Of a stretch of DNA of 64,000 bases, positions 14,169-27,461 are shown one piece after another. This stretch comes from Eledone cirrhosa. Its lineage: Eukaryota. The notes under the pieces were generated by a model that was not told where the DNA came from, did not search any database, and was given only the letters and a program-made list of their open reading frames with translations. The stretch's first letter is position 1; each line of letters starts with the position of its first letter. The DNA is taken from positions 123,132,001 to 123,196,000 of the forward strand of contig OZ024745.1 in assembly GCA_964016885.1 (NCBI GenBank), given 5' to 3'. The translations under genes were made by a program, and so were the position numbers.

Positions 14169-14521
14169 ATAATATATAAACAGTTTTATAAATAATTTTG
14201 ACGTACCCTATTAAATGCAACCATTATTTTTGGAAGCTGTCTGGATAGTGAAATGTTTATATTATTTTATTAGTTATAGTGTTAAGCACAATTAGAAAAA
14301 GACGGAGAGAAAGAAAGAAAAAAAAAGACGGAAAGAGAGAAGGAGAGAGAAAGAAGGAGAGAGAGAAAAAGAAAACCTGGAGAAATATCGGAGAGAGAGA
14401 GAAATGTATGTAGAAAAGAAAGAGATAAATAGATAGGAGGAAATAAAAAAAGAAAGAAAGTGCTTTATATCAGTTATAAAATATTTACTTGTTGTATCCC
14501 AACAATTTTAAATAGAACTTT

Positions 14522-14595
<74 letters not shown>

Positions 14596-14741
14596 AACAG
14601 ACATTCGTCTCAATCTGACATCACCAGTCATGTCTCTCCATGTGCGTTTAATTTTCATAATTACGTGTGAGGTGAACTGGCCTGTCTTTAAATTCCCTTT
14701 TTGGCATATTCTACAGTGGTATTAGGGTTATCGTGTTTTGA

Positions 14742-14821
14742 GCTCTGCTGATGAACGGTTCCAACCGTGACCATCCCCACTGAAAGTTTCGCGAAATAGT
14801 CTTTTTAAGACTATACAGAGC
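14742..14821 (+). ncRNA. Type-I hammerhead motif with long stem III and disrupted stem II
   Basis: GCUCUG-CUGAUGA-[38 nt]-GAAA-UAGUCUU uuu AAGACUA-UA^CAGAGC. Confidence 0.6.
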
Positions 14822-15419
14822 ATTTGTAGTTTTTCCAAATTGAAGGATGAGTATTTAAACTTTATTTTATTTTGAGTTAAGACTCTATTGGTTTTTCCAT
14901 GGATTTCACAAAATTCTGTGGATTAATCTATGTCTTGATTTTCTTTGAATTGAGTTTGAATTATTTTCCCACATCTTACGTTAACTATTTTTCCATTTTG
15001 ACGTGATAGTCACTTATATATTATGAAATACCTTTGGCTTCACGCTCACAACAATTTCTATACTTTAATTTATATATATACATATATATATATATATTCC
15101 CACGCCACCGCCCCACACACATTTCTTGCTGCTGCCCTATTGTGAAGTGGCTGTTGATAGAAAGGACAAACAGCAATAGAAAGCTTGCTAAGCAAAGGGT
15201 TGGGAGGACGCTCAGTTGTGTCAAAGACATAACAACCTCTCCTGTGCATACAGTAAGTCTGTACATAAGTGAGACGACAGATCGTTGGCTTGTCTGGGAG
15301 ATCAGTAGCTTTGCTTCAGTACTGACCTGGTCTATGTAGACACATCCAACTTTCCCTAGCAGGGAAAGCTGACATTAAAACGACAATGAAGAAGATCATT
15401 ATATATATATGTAAATGTG

Positions 15420-15800
15420 TGGTGAATTGGCAGTATCAGTAGAGCATCAGACACCATGCTTTGCAGCATAGAGTTATAGCCCTTTGCGTTCTGAGTTCAA
15501 ATCCTGCCTAGGTTAGCTTTGCCTTTCATCCTTACGGGGTCGATAAAATAAAGCACCAGTAATACACTGAAAGGAATTGGCTGGTAAGAGAAACAGAGGC
15601 CTTGTGCCAAAACGATGGCTTGATAATGTCAACCTATGGACTGAACTTGATCTTTGCTTTTTAAACTCCGCTGTTGGTGACCAATCTTTGTGGGGGGAAA
15701 TATCTCATGTTCATGCACTGTCTGCAACTGGCGGAGTTGAGCGTCTAACAACGAATGCACTGGGGTAATTGCTGGTCTTGTTCCTAAAATAAAAGCAATT
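15420..15800 (+). mobile_element. SINE-A interrupted by a ~185-bp LINE 3'-end-like fragment
   Basis: SINE head/body 15420-15570, tail resumes ~15755. The insert translates RNRGLVPKRWLDNVNLWTEL..DQSLW, like an RTE C-terminus. Confidence 0.6.
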
Positions 15801-16570
15801 ATGTATATATATATATATATGTAATTGTTTTTCTGTGCTTATGTCTCATCTAATCCTCAAATTCTGAGGCCAATCCAATGGGTAGTTAGCTAAGTTGATT
15901 ACAATATTGTGCTATCAACAAATAATGTAGATTCAAACCTCTATACTCTCCAGCTTTCAATTTTCTGCTTCCTATATTTTTATTATTATTTCAGTGTATA
16001 ATATGATTGTGTATCGGCAAAATCCTTAGAGAGCTGGACAAAATGCCTCCCTATTATTCGATTACAGACCTTTACATTCTGAATTCAAATTACACTGATA
16101 TTAACATTGCCTTTCATCATTCAGTGGTTGATAAAATAAAGTGCCTTTCAAATATTGGTGTCAATTTAATCGACTTTCCCCTCTCTCCAAAATTGCTGGC
16201 CTTCTCCCTAAATTAGAAACCACATTATTTAAGTGGATAGAGTGTAGTGTATTAGACACTGGAAAGCTATAAATGTTTTGGAAAAGAATCAATTTCTTAC
16301 ATGAAAGATAACTTTTCAAGAGAAATCCAATAGCATTCTATCAAATCAAACATGTTTTAATTAAGAACAATTGTGATACATGTATAACTACTGTTGAACA
16401 AGAACAATGTAAGGTATACTGTTAGTATACATATATGTGTGTGTATATAGATATAACTATATCTATCTATCTATCTATATATATATATATATATGTATGT
16501 AAAAGATTAACAGAAATAACAACACAATCGGTACAGTATATGGAAGGAATATATTAGGTTAACGTTTGAA

Positions 16571-16623
<53 letters not shown>

Positions 16624-16991
16624 TATTTATATATGAAATTATTTCTTTTGTAACCACACCCAACAAAGCCTATAAAAACAAGAGATGTAAACCAACCATG
16701 ACCCATCATATGAATACAATTACACAGCTACAAATACCACGTTTAACATAATCATCTAAAATGAATGACTTAACAACATACCATGTCCATATTAAAAATA
16801 TAGATACATATAACACCTTCATTAAACATACCTTAAACAAAGGAAACCATTATATTCCTCCTTCAATTAACACCTTATCTATACAAACATTACACCCAAC
16901 TAATTCTATTAAGGGAGAAACTTCATACCAAAAACCTACCTATCTATCTATCTACTTATCTATTTATCTGTCTATTCACCTATCTATTGAC

Positions 16992-17051
<60 letters not shown>

Positions 17052-17052
17052 T

Positions 17053-17169
17053 GGAAAAAGTATGACCCCGACGGCAGAACTCAAGCCGTTTCGACGGCTA
17101 TTTCTGGACTATTTCCAGAAATAGCCGTCGAAACGTCTTGAGCTCTGCCGTCGGGGTCATACTTTTTCC
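17053..17169. repeat. Near-perfect GC-rich hairpin palindrome (~56-bp arms); related copy at 56880-57035
   Basis: GGAAAAAGTATGACCCCGACGGCAGA..CTATTTCTGGA / TCCAGAAATAG..TCTGCCGTCGGGGTCATACTTTTTCC. Confidence 0.9.
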
Positions 17170-17319
17170 TATTTCCCACTCTACTACCCTAAGTATTGAG
17201 TACTCTGGTGCGTTATGGTCCATCTGGTTCCTTACCACATTTCCTTTGTTATATATATATATATATATATATATTACTTCAAAATATTAATAAATATAGG
17301 CATTCATGTGATCAAATAT

Positions 17320-17383
17320 ATTCTATTATATATATTTCAGAGGTACTGAGCTGTTTCCTCAGTATGTCCTCATCAGATAAAAT
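17320..17383 (-). ncRNA. Minimal type-I hammerhead motif (family A)
   Basis: auuuuau-CUGAUGA-GGAcaUACUGAG gaaacag CUCAGUAccUCU-GAAA-uauaua-UA^auagaau; flanks homologous to the 9091 copy. Confidence 0.75.
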
Positions 17384-17584
17384 AAATTGATGTCTGACAT
17401 ACCTCAACTGTGCTGATGGTTCAATTCCAGTTTTGGCTGGGCAGGCAGGCCGGTACACATTTCTACAGCTGAGTAAACTGGAGCAACGTGAAATAAAGTG
17501 TCTTGCTCAAGGAAACAACACATCACCCGGTCCTTATTGAACATGAGATACACACACACACCCAGACACTAACAGCAACATGTT

Positions 17585-18566
17585 ACACAGTAATACAGAA
17601 GACCCGACATTCCATGGATACAAGCCGAAGCTGAAGCATATAGACAGTATGCCCCCACCCCCTCCAACTCTAAAGTGGTCGTGTAGGTGCCACGACAAAA
17701 AGCACCCAGCCCACCCTGTAAAGTGGTCATGGAGGTGTCACAACAAAAAAGCACCTAGTCTACACTGTAAAGTTGTCGTGGAGGTGTCACAACAAAAAAG
17801 CACCCAGCCCACACTGTAAAGTTGTCATGGAGGTGTCACAACAAAAAAGCACCCAGCCCACACTGTAAAGTTGTCGTGGAGGTGTCACAACAAAAAAGCA
17901 CCCAGCCCACACTGTAAAGTGGTCGTGGAGGTGTCACAACAAAAAAGCACCTAGTCCACACTGTAAAGTGGACGTGTAGGTGCCATGACAAAAAAGCACC
18001 CAGCCCACACTGTAAAGTTGTCATGGAGGTGTCACAACAAAAAAGCACCCAGCCCACACTGTAAAGTGGACGTGGAGGTGTCACAACAAAAAAGCACCCA
18101 GCCCACACTGTAAAGTTGTCGTGGAGGTGTCACAACAAAAAAGCACCCAGCCCACACTGTAAAGTGGTCGTGGAGGTGTCACAACAAAAAAGCACCCAGC
18201 CCACACTGTAAAGTGGTCGTGTAGGTGTCACAACAAAAAAGCACCCAGCCCACACTGTAAAGTGGTCGTGGAGGTGTCACAACAAAAAAGCACCCAGCTC
18301 ACACTGTAAAGTGGTCGTGGAGGTGTCACAACAAAAAAGCACCCAGCTCACACTGTAAAGTGGTCGTGTAGATGTCACTGTAAAAAGCACCCAGCACTCA
18401 CTGTAAATGAGGTTGGTGTTAGGAAGAGCATCCAGCTGTAGAAATCAAGCCAAAATCAGTTCTGTATGAGCTAAACATGGTCACCTGACCTGACATTGCC
18501 AACAACAGGACAACCCGTCTAACCCATACTAGCGTGGAAGAATGGATGTAAAACGGCGATGATGAT
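17585..18566 (+). mobile_element. RTE LINE 3' end with ~15 tandem 49-bp units in the 3' region
   Basis: Begins with CAGTAATACAGAAGACCCG (..VIQKTR, the end of the RTE ORF as at 26997), then array, GTTAGGAAG.GCATCCAGC segment and AACCCAT.CTAGCGTGGAA..(ATG)n tail. Confidence 0.85.
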
Positions 18567-18720
18567 ATATAAATATATATACAAATATATTAAATTCATA
18601 GGGATATATCATCATGTATATATTTAGACATAGTCACAGATACATATATGAGTGTGGCTACCTTCCACGGTGTGGCTCAATGAAAACATTTTATTAAGCA
18701 AATAATTATTAATCAGAGCT

Positions 18721-19285
18721 ATATATAAAAGTTCAAGTTTGAAGAATTATTAGATAAAATACAGTCTTTCCTCTCCCTAGTCCACAGAAATCAACCACAG
18801 AAATAATCATTTAAACGAGGCTATAAGTTTAAAATGTAACTATGAAGAAATAATAGACAAATGAAACAGACTATTTTCCGCAAGGGACAGCCAGATAAAA
18901 TTTATCTAGTCATTCCTTTTAGGCCGTAGAAATTAACTAGACAGATGATCAACTAAACAGAGTTAGGTCTAAAATATAAGTTAGAAGGAATTTTGGTAAA
19001 GTTTATGTGCATTTTTTTCTTCTAACTTATATTTTAGACCTAATTCCGTTTAGTTGATCATCTGTCTAGTTAATTTCTACGGCCTAAAAGGAATGACTAG
19101 ATAAATTTTATCTGACTGTCCCTCGTGGAAAATAGTCTGTTTCATTTGTCTATTATTTCTTCATAGTTACATTTTAAACTTATAGCCTCGTTTAAATAAT
19201 TATTTCTGTGGTTGATTTCTGTGGACTAGGGAGAGGAAAGACTGTATTTTATCTAATAATTCTTCAAACTTGCAATTTTATATAT
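18721..19285. repeat. Long near-perfect inverted repeat (foldback), ~255-265 bp arms, ~30-bp spacer
   Basis: CAAGTTTGAAGAATTATTAGATAAAATACAG...AAGTTAGAAG mirrored by CTTCTAACTT...CTGTATTTTATCTAATAATTCTTCAAACTTG; TA-rich flanks. Confidence 0.95.
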
Positions 19286-19662
19286 ATATATATACAAACA
19301 GAGGTATCCACAGTAAGTTGTGGGATCTATTCTGCATGAAGAACTCGATGTAATCCATATGTTGAAAATGTTGTAGGTTAAGATAAATCTCGGAAAACAA
19401 TAAAACATTAAAATATAAGTTAAAACAATGAAATAAAAAATCAAGTCATTATATATATATATATATATATATAATAAGGAAATGACAGGAGGCTGGACTT
19501 GTGTAAATCCTTGAAAGGTTTATTATACTATGATCATTTCAATGACCAGGTTCCGTATGAATCCGGTGATATCAACAGGTATTCGAAACATAATAAGTGA
19601 ATGTAATAGGTAAAATCCATGGGGCTGAAAATCAAAGGCCCGAGGACGACTGCCATCCAGCA

Positions 19663-19963
<301 letters not shown>

Positions 19964-19967
19964 GTAC

Positions 19968-20033
<66 letters not shown>

Positions 20034-20034
20034 C

Positions 20035-20224
20035 GGGCGGTGGATTGGCAGTATCGGTAGAGGGTCGGATGCCATGCTTTGCAGTACAGTTATGTCCCTT
20101 TACAGTCTGAGTTCAAATCCCGCCGAGGTTAACTTTGCCTTTCATCCTTATGGGGTCGATAAAATAAAGTACCAGTAATACACTAGGATAATTGCTGGCC
20201 TTGTGCCAAAAGTAGAAACAATTA
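20035..20224 (+). mobile_element. SINE-A full-length copy in (TA)n
   Basis: Same A/B boxes, body and tail as the 10781 copy. Confidence 0.85.
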
Positions 20225-20668
20225 TATATATATATATATAAAGTGGCTGCCTCTCAGTTTTGAGAATTACCATCCCTTGACCCTTTTTTTTTTCATACAA
20301 GGGTAACATGAACATGACTTTTTAGCCCTGCCAAGGACTTATATTTCTTTTTACATATGCGCGCGTGTGTGTGTGTGTGCTTGTCTGTGTGTGTGTGCAG
20401 TGATAAGTTTTAGATGGTATTTGCCAAAGCTATGTCTAACTTAATAGTACCATCTGGAAAATATATATATACAACACTTTTTAGCCCGGTTATACAGTGA
20501 GGAGCCCTTCCTATCACCAACCACCTTTCAGGGTGTCATGGGTGTATCTTCATGGAACAGCAGTAGAGAGTTTATTTTGGGTGTTGCCCCAACTAAAGAA
20601 TCCTATCTGTTTCACAGAGAGGAAGGAAAAAAAGAGAGGAAAGATAAATATAAAGTTATGGATATATA

Positions 20669-21021
20669 CAGTCTTTCAAGGCCTCGGCATTCGTGGCCCC
20701 AGTTATTCGCGGAATTTTCCCCAGAACCTAACCAATAATTGGTTAGGTTCTGGGAAAACCACCGCATATTTGCAGAATCGTAAATATCTTCCGCGATTTT
20801 TTAATAGCTTTTTTCGTGGCAATATATTTTTTTTCATGCTTTTTAACGATAAATTATTAATAACAATATAGCGTATTTGCTGGCCTATATATTATGTTAT
20901 GTTTTGATGTTTATAGGTATTTTTTATGGACCACATCCAATATTCGTGGTTTTTCACTCTTCGCTGGTGTTCTAAGAACATAACTCCTGTGAATACCGGG
21001 GGGGGGGGGGGGGGGCAACTG
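20669..21021. mobile_element. Tigger-like MITE (related truncated inverted copy at 47026-47300)
   Basis: TA|CAGT...ACTG|TA ends, TATTCGCG-type subterminal motifs; internal sequence is the reverse complement of 47026-47285. Confidence 0.7.
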
Positions 21022-21340
21022 TATATAGCAGGTGTGGTGGGATTTGACAGGGTAACGAGTAGGAGGGAGGGTGATCTCTGACAGCCAAGATTGAGTGGTT
21101 ACTGATGTCAGGATTTTAGAGGGGCATTTGTAGTGATGGTGAGAATAATTAAGGAGTTATAGTGGAGGGGCATGGTTGTGAGGTGGGGGGTATAAAGGAA
21201 TGGATAGAACAGCTACTATATATATATAGTAACAAGACACAACATAGCCATAAAGAATATTTAAACTCCACTTTGGTATTGAGTACTCATTCTCATGTCC
21301 ATCAATAACACATATGTGTATATATATATATATATATATA

Positions 21341-22462
21341 ATCATCATCATCATCGTTTAACATCTATTTTCCATGCTAGCATGGGTTGGACGGGTTTGT
21401 CCCACTTGAGGCAGATTGGTCGGGTGATCGTGTCTCGCTCGTACAGAACTGGATGCCCTTCCTAACACCAACTACATTTACAGTGTGGACTGGGAGCCTT
21501 TTTACCGTGTCTCCTACACGACCACGTTACAGTGTGGACTGGGAGCCTTTTTACTGTATCTCCTACACAACCACTTTACAGTGTGGACTGGGAGCCTTTT
21601 TACCATGTCTCCTACACGACCACGTTACAGTGTGGACTGGGAGCCTTTTTACTCTGTCTCCTACACAACCACTTTACAGTGTGGACTGGGAGCCTTTTTA
21701 CCATGTCTCCTACACAACCACTTTACAGTGTGGACTGGGAGCTTTTTTACTGTGTCTCCTACACAACCACTTTACAGTGTGGAGTGGGAGCCTTTTTACT
21801 GTGTCTCCTACACAACCAGTTTACATTGTGGAGTGGGAGCCTTTTTACTGTGTCTCCTACACAACCACTTTACATTGTGGAGTGGGAGCCTTTTTACTGT
21901 GTCTCCTACACAACTAGTTTACATTGTGGAGTGGGAGCCTTTTTTACTGTGTCTCCTACACAACCAGTTTACATTGTGGAGTGGGAGCCTTTTTACTGTG
22001 TCTCCTACACAACCAGTTTACATTGTGGAGTGGGAGCCTTTTTACTGTGTCTCCTACACAACCAGTTTACATTGTGGAGTGGGAGCCTTTTTACTGTGTC
22101 TCCTACACAACCACTTTACATTGTGGAGTGGGAGCCTTTTTACTGTGTCTCCTACACAACCAGTTTACATTGTGGAGTGGGAGCCTTTTTTACTGTGTCT
22201 CCTACACAACTAGTTTACATTGTGGAGTGGGAGCCTTTTTTACTGTGTCTCCTACACAACCAGTTTACATTGTGGAGTGGGAGCCTTTTTACTGTGTCTC
22301 CTACACAACCAGTTTACATTGTGGAGTGGGAGCCTTTTTTACTGTGTCTCCTACACAACCAGTTTACAGTGTGGACTGGGTGCTTTTTGTCATGACACCT
22401 ACATGATCACTTTACAGTGTTGACTGGGTGCTTTTTGTCATGTCACCTACACGACCACTTTT
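21341..22462 (-). mobile_element. RTE-type 3' fragment with ~20 tandem 49-50 bp units (GGAG/CTCC variant)
   Basis: (CAT)n tail, CCATGCTAGCATGGGTT, GGATGCCCTTCCTAACACC, then TGGGAGCCTTTTTACTGTGTCTCCTACACAACCACTTTACAGTGTGGAC repeats. Confidence 0.85.
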
Positions 22463-22629
22463 CAGCAGACGGAGGTGAGAGGATGGAGTAGAGGTGTGGG
22501 ATGAGGTGGGGTGGTGTCTTCATGCATGGAGATGTTATAAAATAGTGAATATGATAGAGTGAAGACCCTTAGAGATGCATAAAGAAGTTGCCATCAGTCG
22601 CTACAAGGAAACAAACCTTGTATCTCCTA

Positions 22630-23490
22630 GATATGTGTGTGTGTGTATGTGTGTCCGTTTGTGTCTGTGTGCGTGTGTGTGAGAGAGTGTGCCTGTGTGT
22701 GAGTGTCTGTGTGTGTGCATGTGTGTGAGTGTGAATGTGTGTGTCTGTGTGTGAGTGTGTGTGTCTGTATGTGTGTCTGTGTGTGAGTGTGTGTGGCTGT
22801 GTGTGTGTGTATGTGTGTGTGAGTGTCTGTGTGGCTGTGTGCGTGAGTGTATGTGTGAGTGTTGTTGTGTGAGTGTCTGTGTGTGAGTGTGTGTGTGGCT
22901 GCGTGTGTGTATGTCTGTGTGAGTGTCTGTGTGTGAGTGTGTGTGGCTGTGTGTGTGAGTGTATGTGTGAGTGTCATTGTGTGAGTGTGTGTGGCTGTGT
23001 GTGTGTATGTATGTGTCTCTGTGTGTGGGTGGCTGTGTGTGTGTGTGTGTCTGTATGTGTGGCTGTATGTGTCCGTATCTCTGTGTGTCTGTGTGTGTGT
23101 GTGGCTGTCTGCGTCTATATGTGTCTATGTCTATGTGTGTGTGTGTTTGTGTATGAGTGTCTGTGTGTGAGTGTCTGTGTGTATGTGGCTGTGTGTGTGT
23201 GCATGAGTGTGTGTGTGAGTGTCTGTATGTGAGTGTTTGTATGTGAGTGTCTGTGTGTGTGTGTGCATGTGTCAGTGTGTGAGTGTTTGTATGTGAGTGT
23301 CTGTATGTGAGTGACTGTGTGTGTGCGCGTGTGTCTGTATGTGTGTGTGAGTGTCTGTGTGTGAGTGTGTGTATGTGAGTGTCTGTATGTGAGTGACTGT
23401 GTGTGTGCGTGTGTCTGTGTGTGAGTGTGAGTGTCTGTGTGTGTCTGTGTGTGAGTGTGTGTGTCTGTGTGTATCTATGGGTGTGTGTCA
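22630..23490. repeat. Degenerate (GT)n / GTGAGTGTCT microsatellite
   Basis: Direct reading. Confidence 0.95.
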
Positions 23491-23572
23491 TCATCATCAT
23501 CATTATCATAACCCCCCTCCTCCTCCTCATCATCATCATCACCACCACCACCGACGCCGCCGCTGCCGCCGT

Positions 23573-23604
<32 letters not shown>

Positions 23605-23628
23605 TCATCATTATTATTATTATTATTA

Positions 23629-23816
23629 AGGTGGTGGATTGGCAGTATCGGTAGAGGGTCGGACGCCATGCTTTCCAGCATAGTTACGTCCCTTTACGGT
23701 CTGAGTTCAAATCCCGCCGAGGTTGACTTTGCTTTCATCCTTACGGGGTCGATAAAATAAAGTACCAGTAATGCACTGGGTAATTGCTGGCCTTGTGCCT
23801 AAAGTAGAAACAATTA
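23629..23816 (+). mobile_element. SINE-A full-length copy
   Basis: A/B boxes, body and tail. Confidence 0.85.
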
Positions 23817-24280
23817 TTATTATTATTATCTTCATCAAAGGAAAATGGAGGGAAATCTGTTTATTTCTATTTTTATACCAAATTAATCCCAATATTGATA
23901 TATTTTCTCTAAAAAAGAATACAACTATTTACATTACTCCTAAACTTGTGATAAAACCCCCAATCAATTATAGGTAATAAAGGTGAGTAAAAGCATTTGT
24001 AAATATACAGTAAATATACAGTAAATATACAGTAAATATACAGTAAATATACAGTAATGCCGTTCCATGTGGTGGAAAATAACTCTTTTAATCTCTTTTG
24101 TGTTTCGAACAATTCTCTTTTATTAATATTAGATTGAATTTTTGTTCAATAAAAACCTTTTAAATAATACTATAACTATTTATTTTTTTTACTAAGATAC
24201 ACCTTTTAGCTCCCAAAATAGGGCACATATATCATCATCATCATCATCAACATCATTATCATTGTTTAATGTGTATTTTC

Positions 24281-24312
<32 letters not shown>

Positions 24313-24372
24313 CACATATATAATATATATACATGTATATATACATACTTATATATATATATATATACACTT

Positions 24373-24423
<51 letters not shown>

Positions 24424-24511
24424 TAATATATATACATGTATATATACATACTTATATATATATATATATACTTACACACACATATACATATACATATACA
24501 GATAGTTAGGT

Positions 24512-24547
<36 letters not shown>

Positions 24548-24551
<4 letters not shown>

Positions 24552-27442
24552 ACCTAACTATCTGTAACACAAACTTCAAAAAAGGTGAAAACCACTTGAT
24601 CACCTATAAATCAGGGAACACGCCAGCCAGATAGATTATATCTTTACTAGAAGACGGGACAAAGTGTCTGTTGTAAACACTAAATCCCTCCCCCGTGAAG
24701 AATGCACCTCCCAAAATAGCCTAGTAGTTAGTGACCTCACAGTCAGGAATAGACGTACTCAACGACAGAGGAGGCCTACCTTGAGGAAAAGAATATGGAA
24801 GTTGAAGGACCCCATAGCCAGTGACAAATTTAAAAGCTTATTACTTGATGCCTTTGACAATAAGGAAGAGCAATTAGAGACGTGCGATATAGAGGAACAG
24901 TAGCAATTCTTGAAAGTGAACCTGCTGAAAGCAACGGATGAAATCTGTGGCTGGAGCAGACCTATTGGCAGGAGGAGAGTAACTTAGTGGTGGAACAGTA
25001 AGGTAGAAGAGACAATCAAGGCTAAAAAGCAGGTATGGAAAGTATGGCAGAATGGGGGAAGTAGAGAGCACTATCAAGTGGCCAGTAGAGAAGCTAGGAG
25101 ACAAGTGTACCTTGCAAAAAGGGAAGCAGAGGAAAGAAAGTTCAAGCATGTTCAACAACGTGAGGACCAACAACGCGAGGTGTTCAGGATTGCTAGACAA
25201 TGTGTCAATGAAAACCGTGATATTGTCGGGGAGAAGTGAGTCCATAATGATAACGGTGTACTTGCGCTCACTGATGCTGATAAGAAGATAGCCTGGAAGT
25301 GTCACTACGAGAGACTATTAAATGAAGAGAATAAGTGGGAAAAAGATAGTCTGCCCCAAATCGATCCAATAGAAGGACCAGCGGTGCAAGTTAAAGGTAG
25401 TATAATAAGTAAGGCAATCAAAGATATGAAGACAGGCAAGGCAGCTGGGTTTTTGGAGATAGTTGCTGAGATGTTGAAGGCATCTGGAATGATGGGACAT
25501 ACTATGGTCCCCCGTATAGTTAACCAAGTAATACAGAATGGGGTCATACCAAAAGACTGGCATAGCAGCATCATCATTAACTGCTACAAGGGTAAAGGAG
25601 ATGCTCTAGATAGAGGAAACAATAGAGGCATTAAGTTAGTTGATCAGGTCATGAAGGTCACAGAAAGAGTTATAGCGTAACTAATCAGAGAGCGAATTGA
25701 TCTAGATGAAATGCAGTTTGGGTTTGTGTCAGGTAAAAGTACCACAGACGCTCTTTTCCTTCTACGACAACTACAAGAGAAGTACCTAGCTAAAAGTAAA
25801 CCCCTCTACTTAGCTTTTGTAGACCTGGAAAAAGCCTTTGACAGAGTCCCCCGCTCCATTATCTGGTGGGCTCTCAGAAAACTAGGTGTAGATGAATGGC
25901 TTGTGAGAGCTATACAAGCTATGTATAATGAAACAGTCAGTAAGGTTAGAATTAACAATGAACATTGTGAAGAATTTAGTGTAAAAGTTGGTCTTCACCA
26001 AGGCTCTGTCCTTAGCCCCCTCCTATTTATTATTGCCCTTCAGGCTATAGCAGAGGAGTTCAAGACCGGCTGCCCATGGGAACTCCTATATGCAGATGAT
26101 CTAATGCTCATAGCTGAATCAATGGCTGAACTAGAAAAGAAATTCCAAACATGGAAGCATGGCCTAGAATCAAAAGGCCTTAAAGTTAACTTGTCTAAGA
26201 CTAAAGTCCTAGTTTGTAGAAAGGAAAATAAGGCACAGGTACCCTCATGAAAATGGCCTTGCTCAGTGTGTAGGAAAGGAGTAGGCAGAAATTCAATTTT
26301 ATGTCCCAAATGCAAAGTATGGGTATATAAAAGATGTAGTGGGATCACAGATAAACTATAAGAATGTAGACTTTATATGTGGCCAATGCTCAGGTGCAAT
26401 AGGTAGCAAGTGTACACAGAATACTAGCCCCTTCTATTGCCCAGATGGTTCTATAGAAATAGTAGACACTTTCCGTTACCTGGGTGACAAAATCAGCTGT
26501 GGTGGAGGGTGTTCTGAAAGTACAGTAACCAGAGTCAGAACGGGATGGAAAAAGTTCAGAGAGCTTATACCGCTGTTGGTCACAAAAGGTTTCTCTCTAA
26601 AAATGAAAGGCAGATTGTATGATGTCTGTATACGAACAGCAATGCTACATGGCAGTGAGACATGAGGCTCTGCGTAGACTGGAAAGGAATGAAGCATGCA
26701 TGCTCTGTTGGATGTGTAATAGTAATATACGTGAACGGCAAAGCATAAATAAACTAAGTGAGAAATTAGGAATAAGAGGGGTCAGATGCTGTTTACTCGA
26801 GAGAAGACTACGTTGGTATGGCCACGTGATGCGCATGAAAGACGACAGCTGTATAAAAAGTGCAGGGCAATCAAAATTGATGGAAGTTACGGAGTAGGTA
26901 GACCCAGAAAAACCTGGGACGATCTGATAAATTCCGACCTTACACACTTGCACCTCTCTAAGACAATGTCACTGGACCGAGATCTTTGGCACTACGCAGT
27001 AATACAGAAGACCCGCCCTGCCTATGTACAAAGCAAAACCTGCAGTCAGTAGGCACCTCTTAACCAAATATACACCCCAATCCACTCCCCCTACCCTATC
27101 GTCCCACTCCCACCAACACCACCCTCTCTATAAAGTTGGTACCATAACATCCAGTTCAAATAAATGAGATAATGAGATCAAGATCGTGTAGGTGTCATGA
27201 GAAAAATAACAGACAGTCCACGCTGTAATGTGGTCGTGTAGGTAACATGGTAAATAGTTCCCAGTTCCACACTGTAAATGTGGTTGGTGTTAGGAAGGGC
27301 ATACAGCCGTAGAAAACCTGCCAGATAGTCCTATATGAGCGAGACATGGTCACCCGACCACACCTTGCCACAAGTGGGACAACTCCCGTCTAACCCATGC
27401 TAGCGTGGAAAATGGACGTTAAATGAAGATGATGATGATGAT
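24548..27442 (+). mobile_element. 5'-truncated, inactivated RTE-clade LINE (end of APE domain, RT, Cys-rich finger, 3' UTR, (ATG)n tail)
   Basis: [18 protein letters not shown] (APE C-terminus); KGKGD..RGIKL, QFGF..STTDA, AFVDLEKAFDRV, GLHQGSVLSPLLF, LLYADDL, FRYLGD, LHGSET, RRLRWYGHV, GRPRKTW. Several in-frame stops and frameshifts. Confidence 0.93.
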
Positions 27443-27461
27443 ATGTATATATATATATGTA

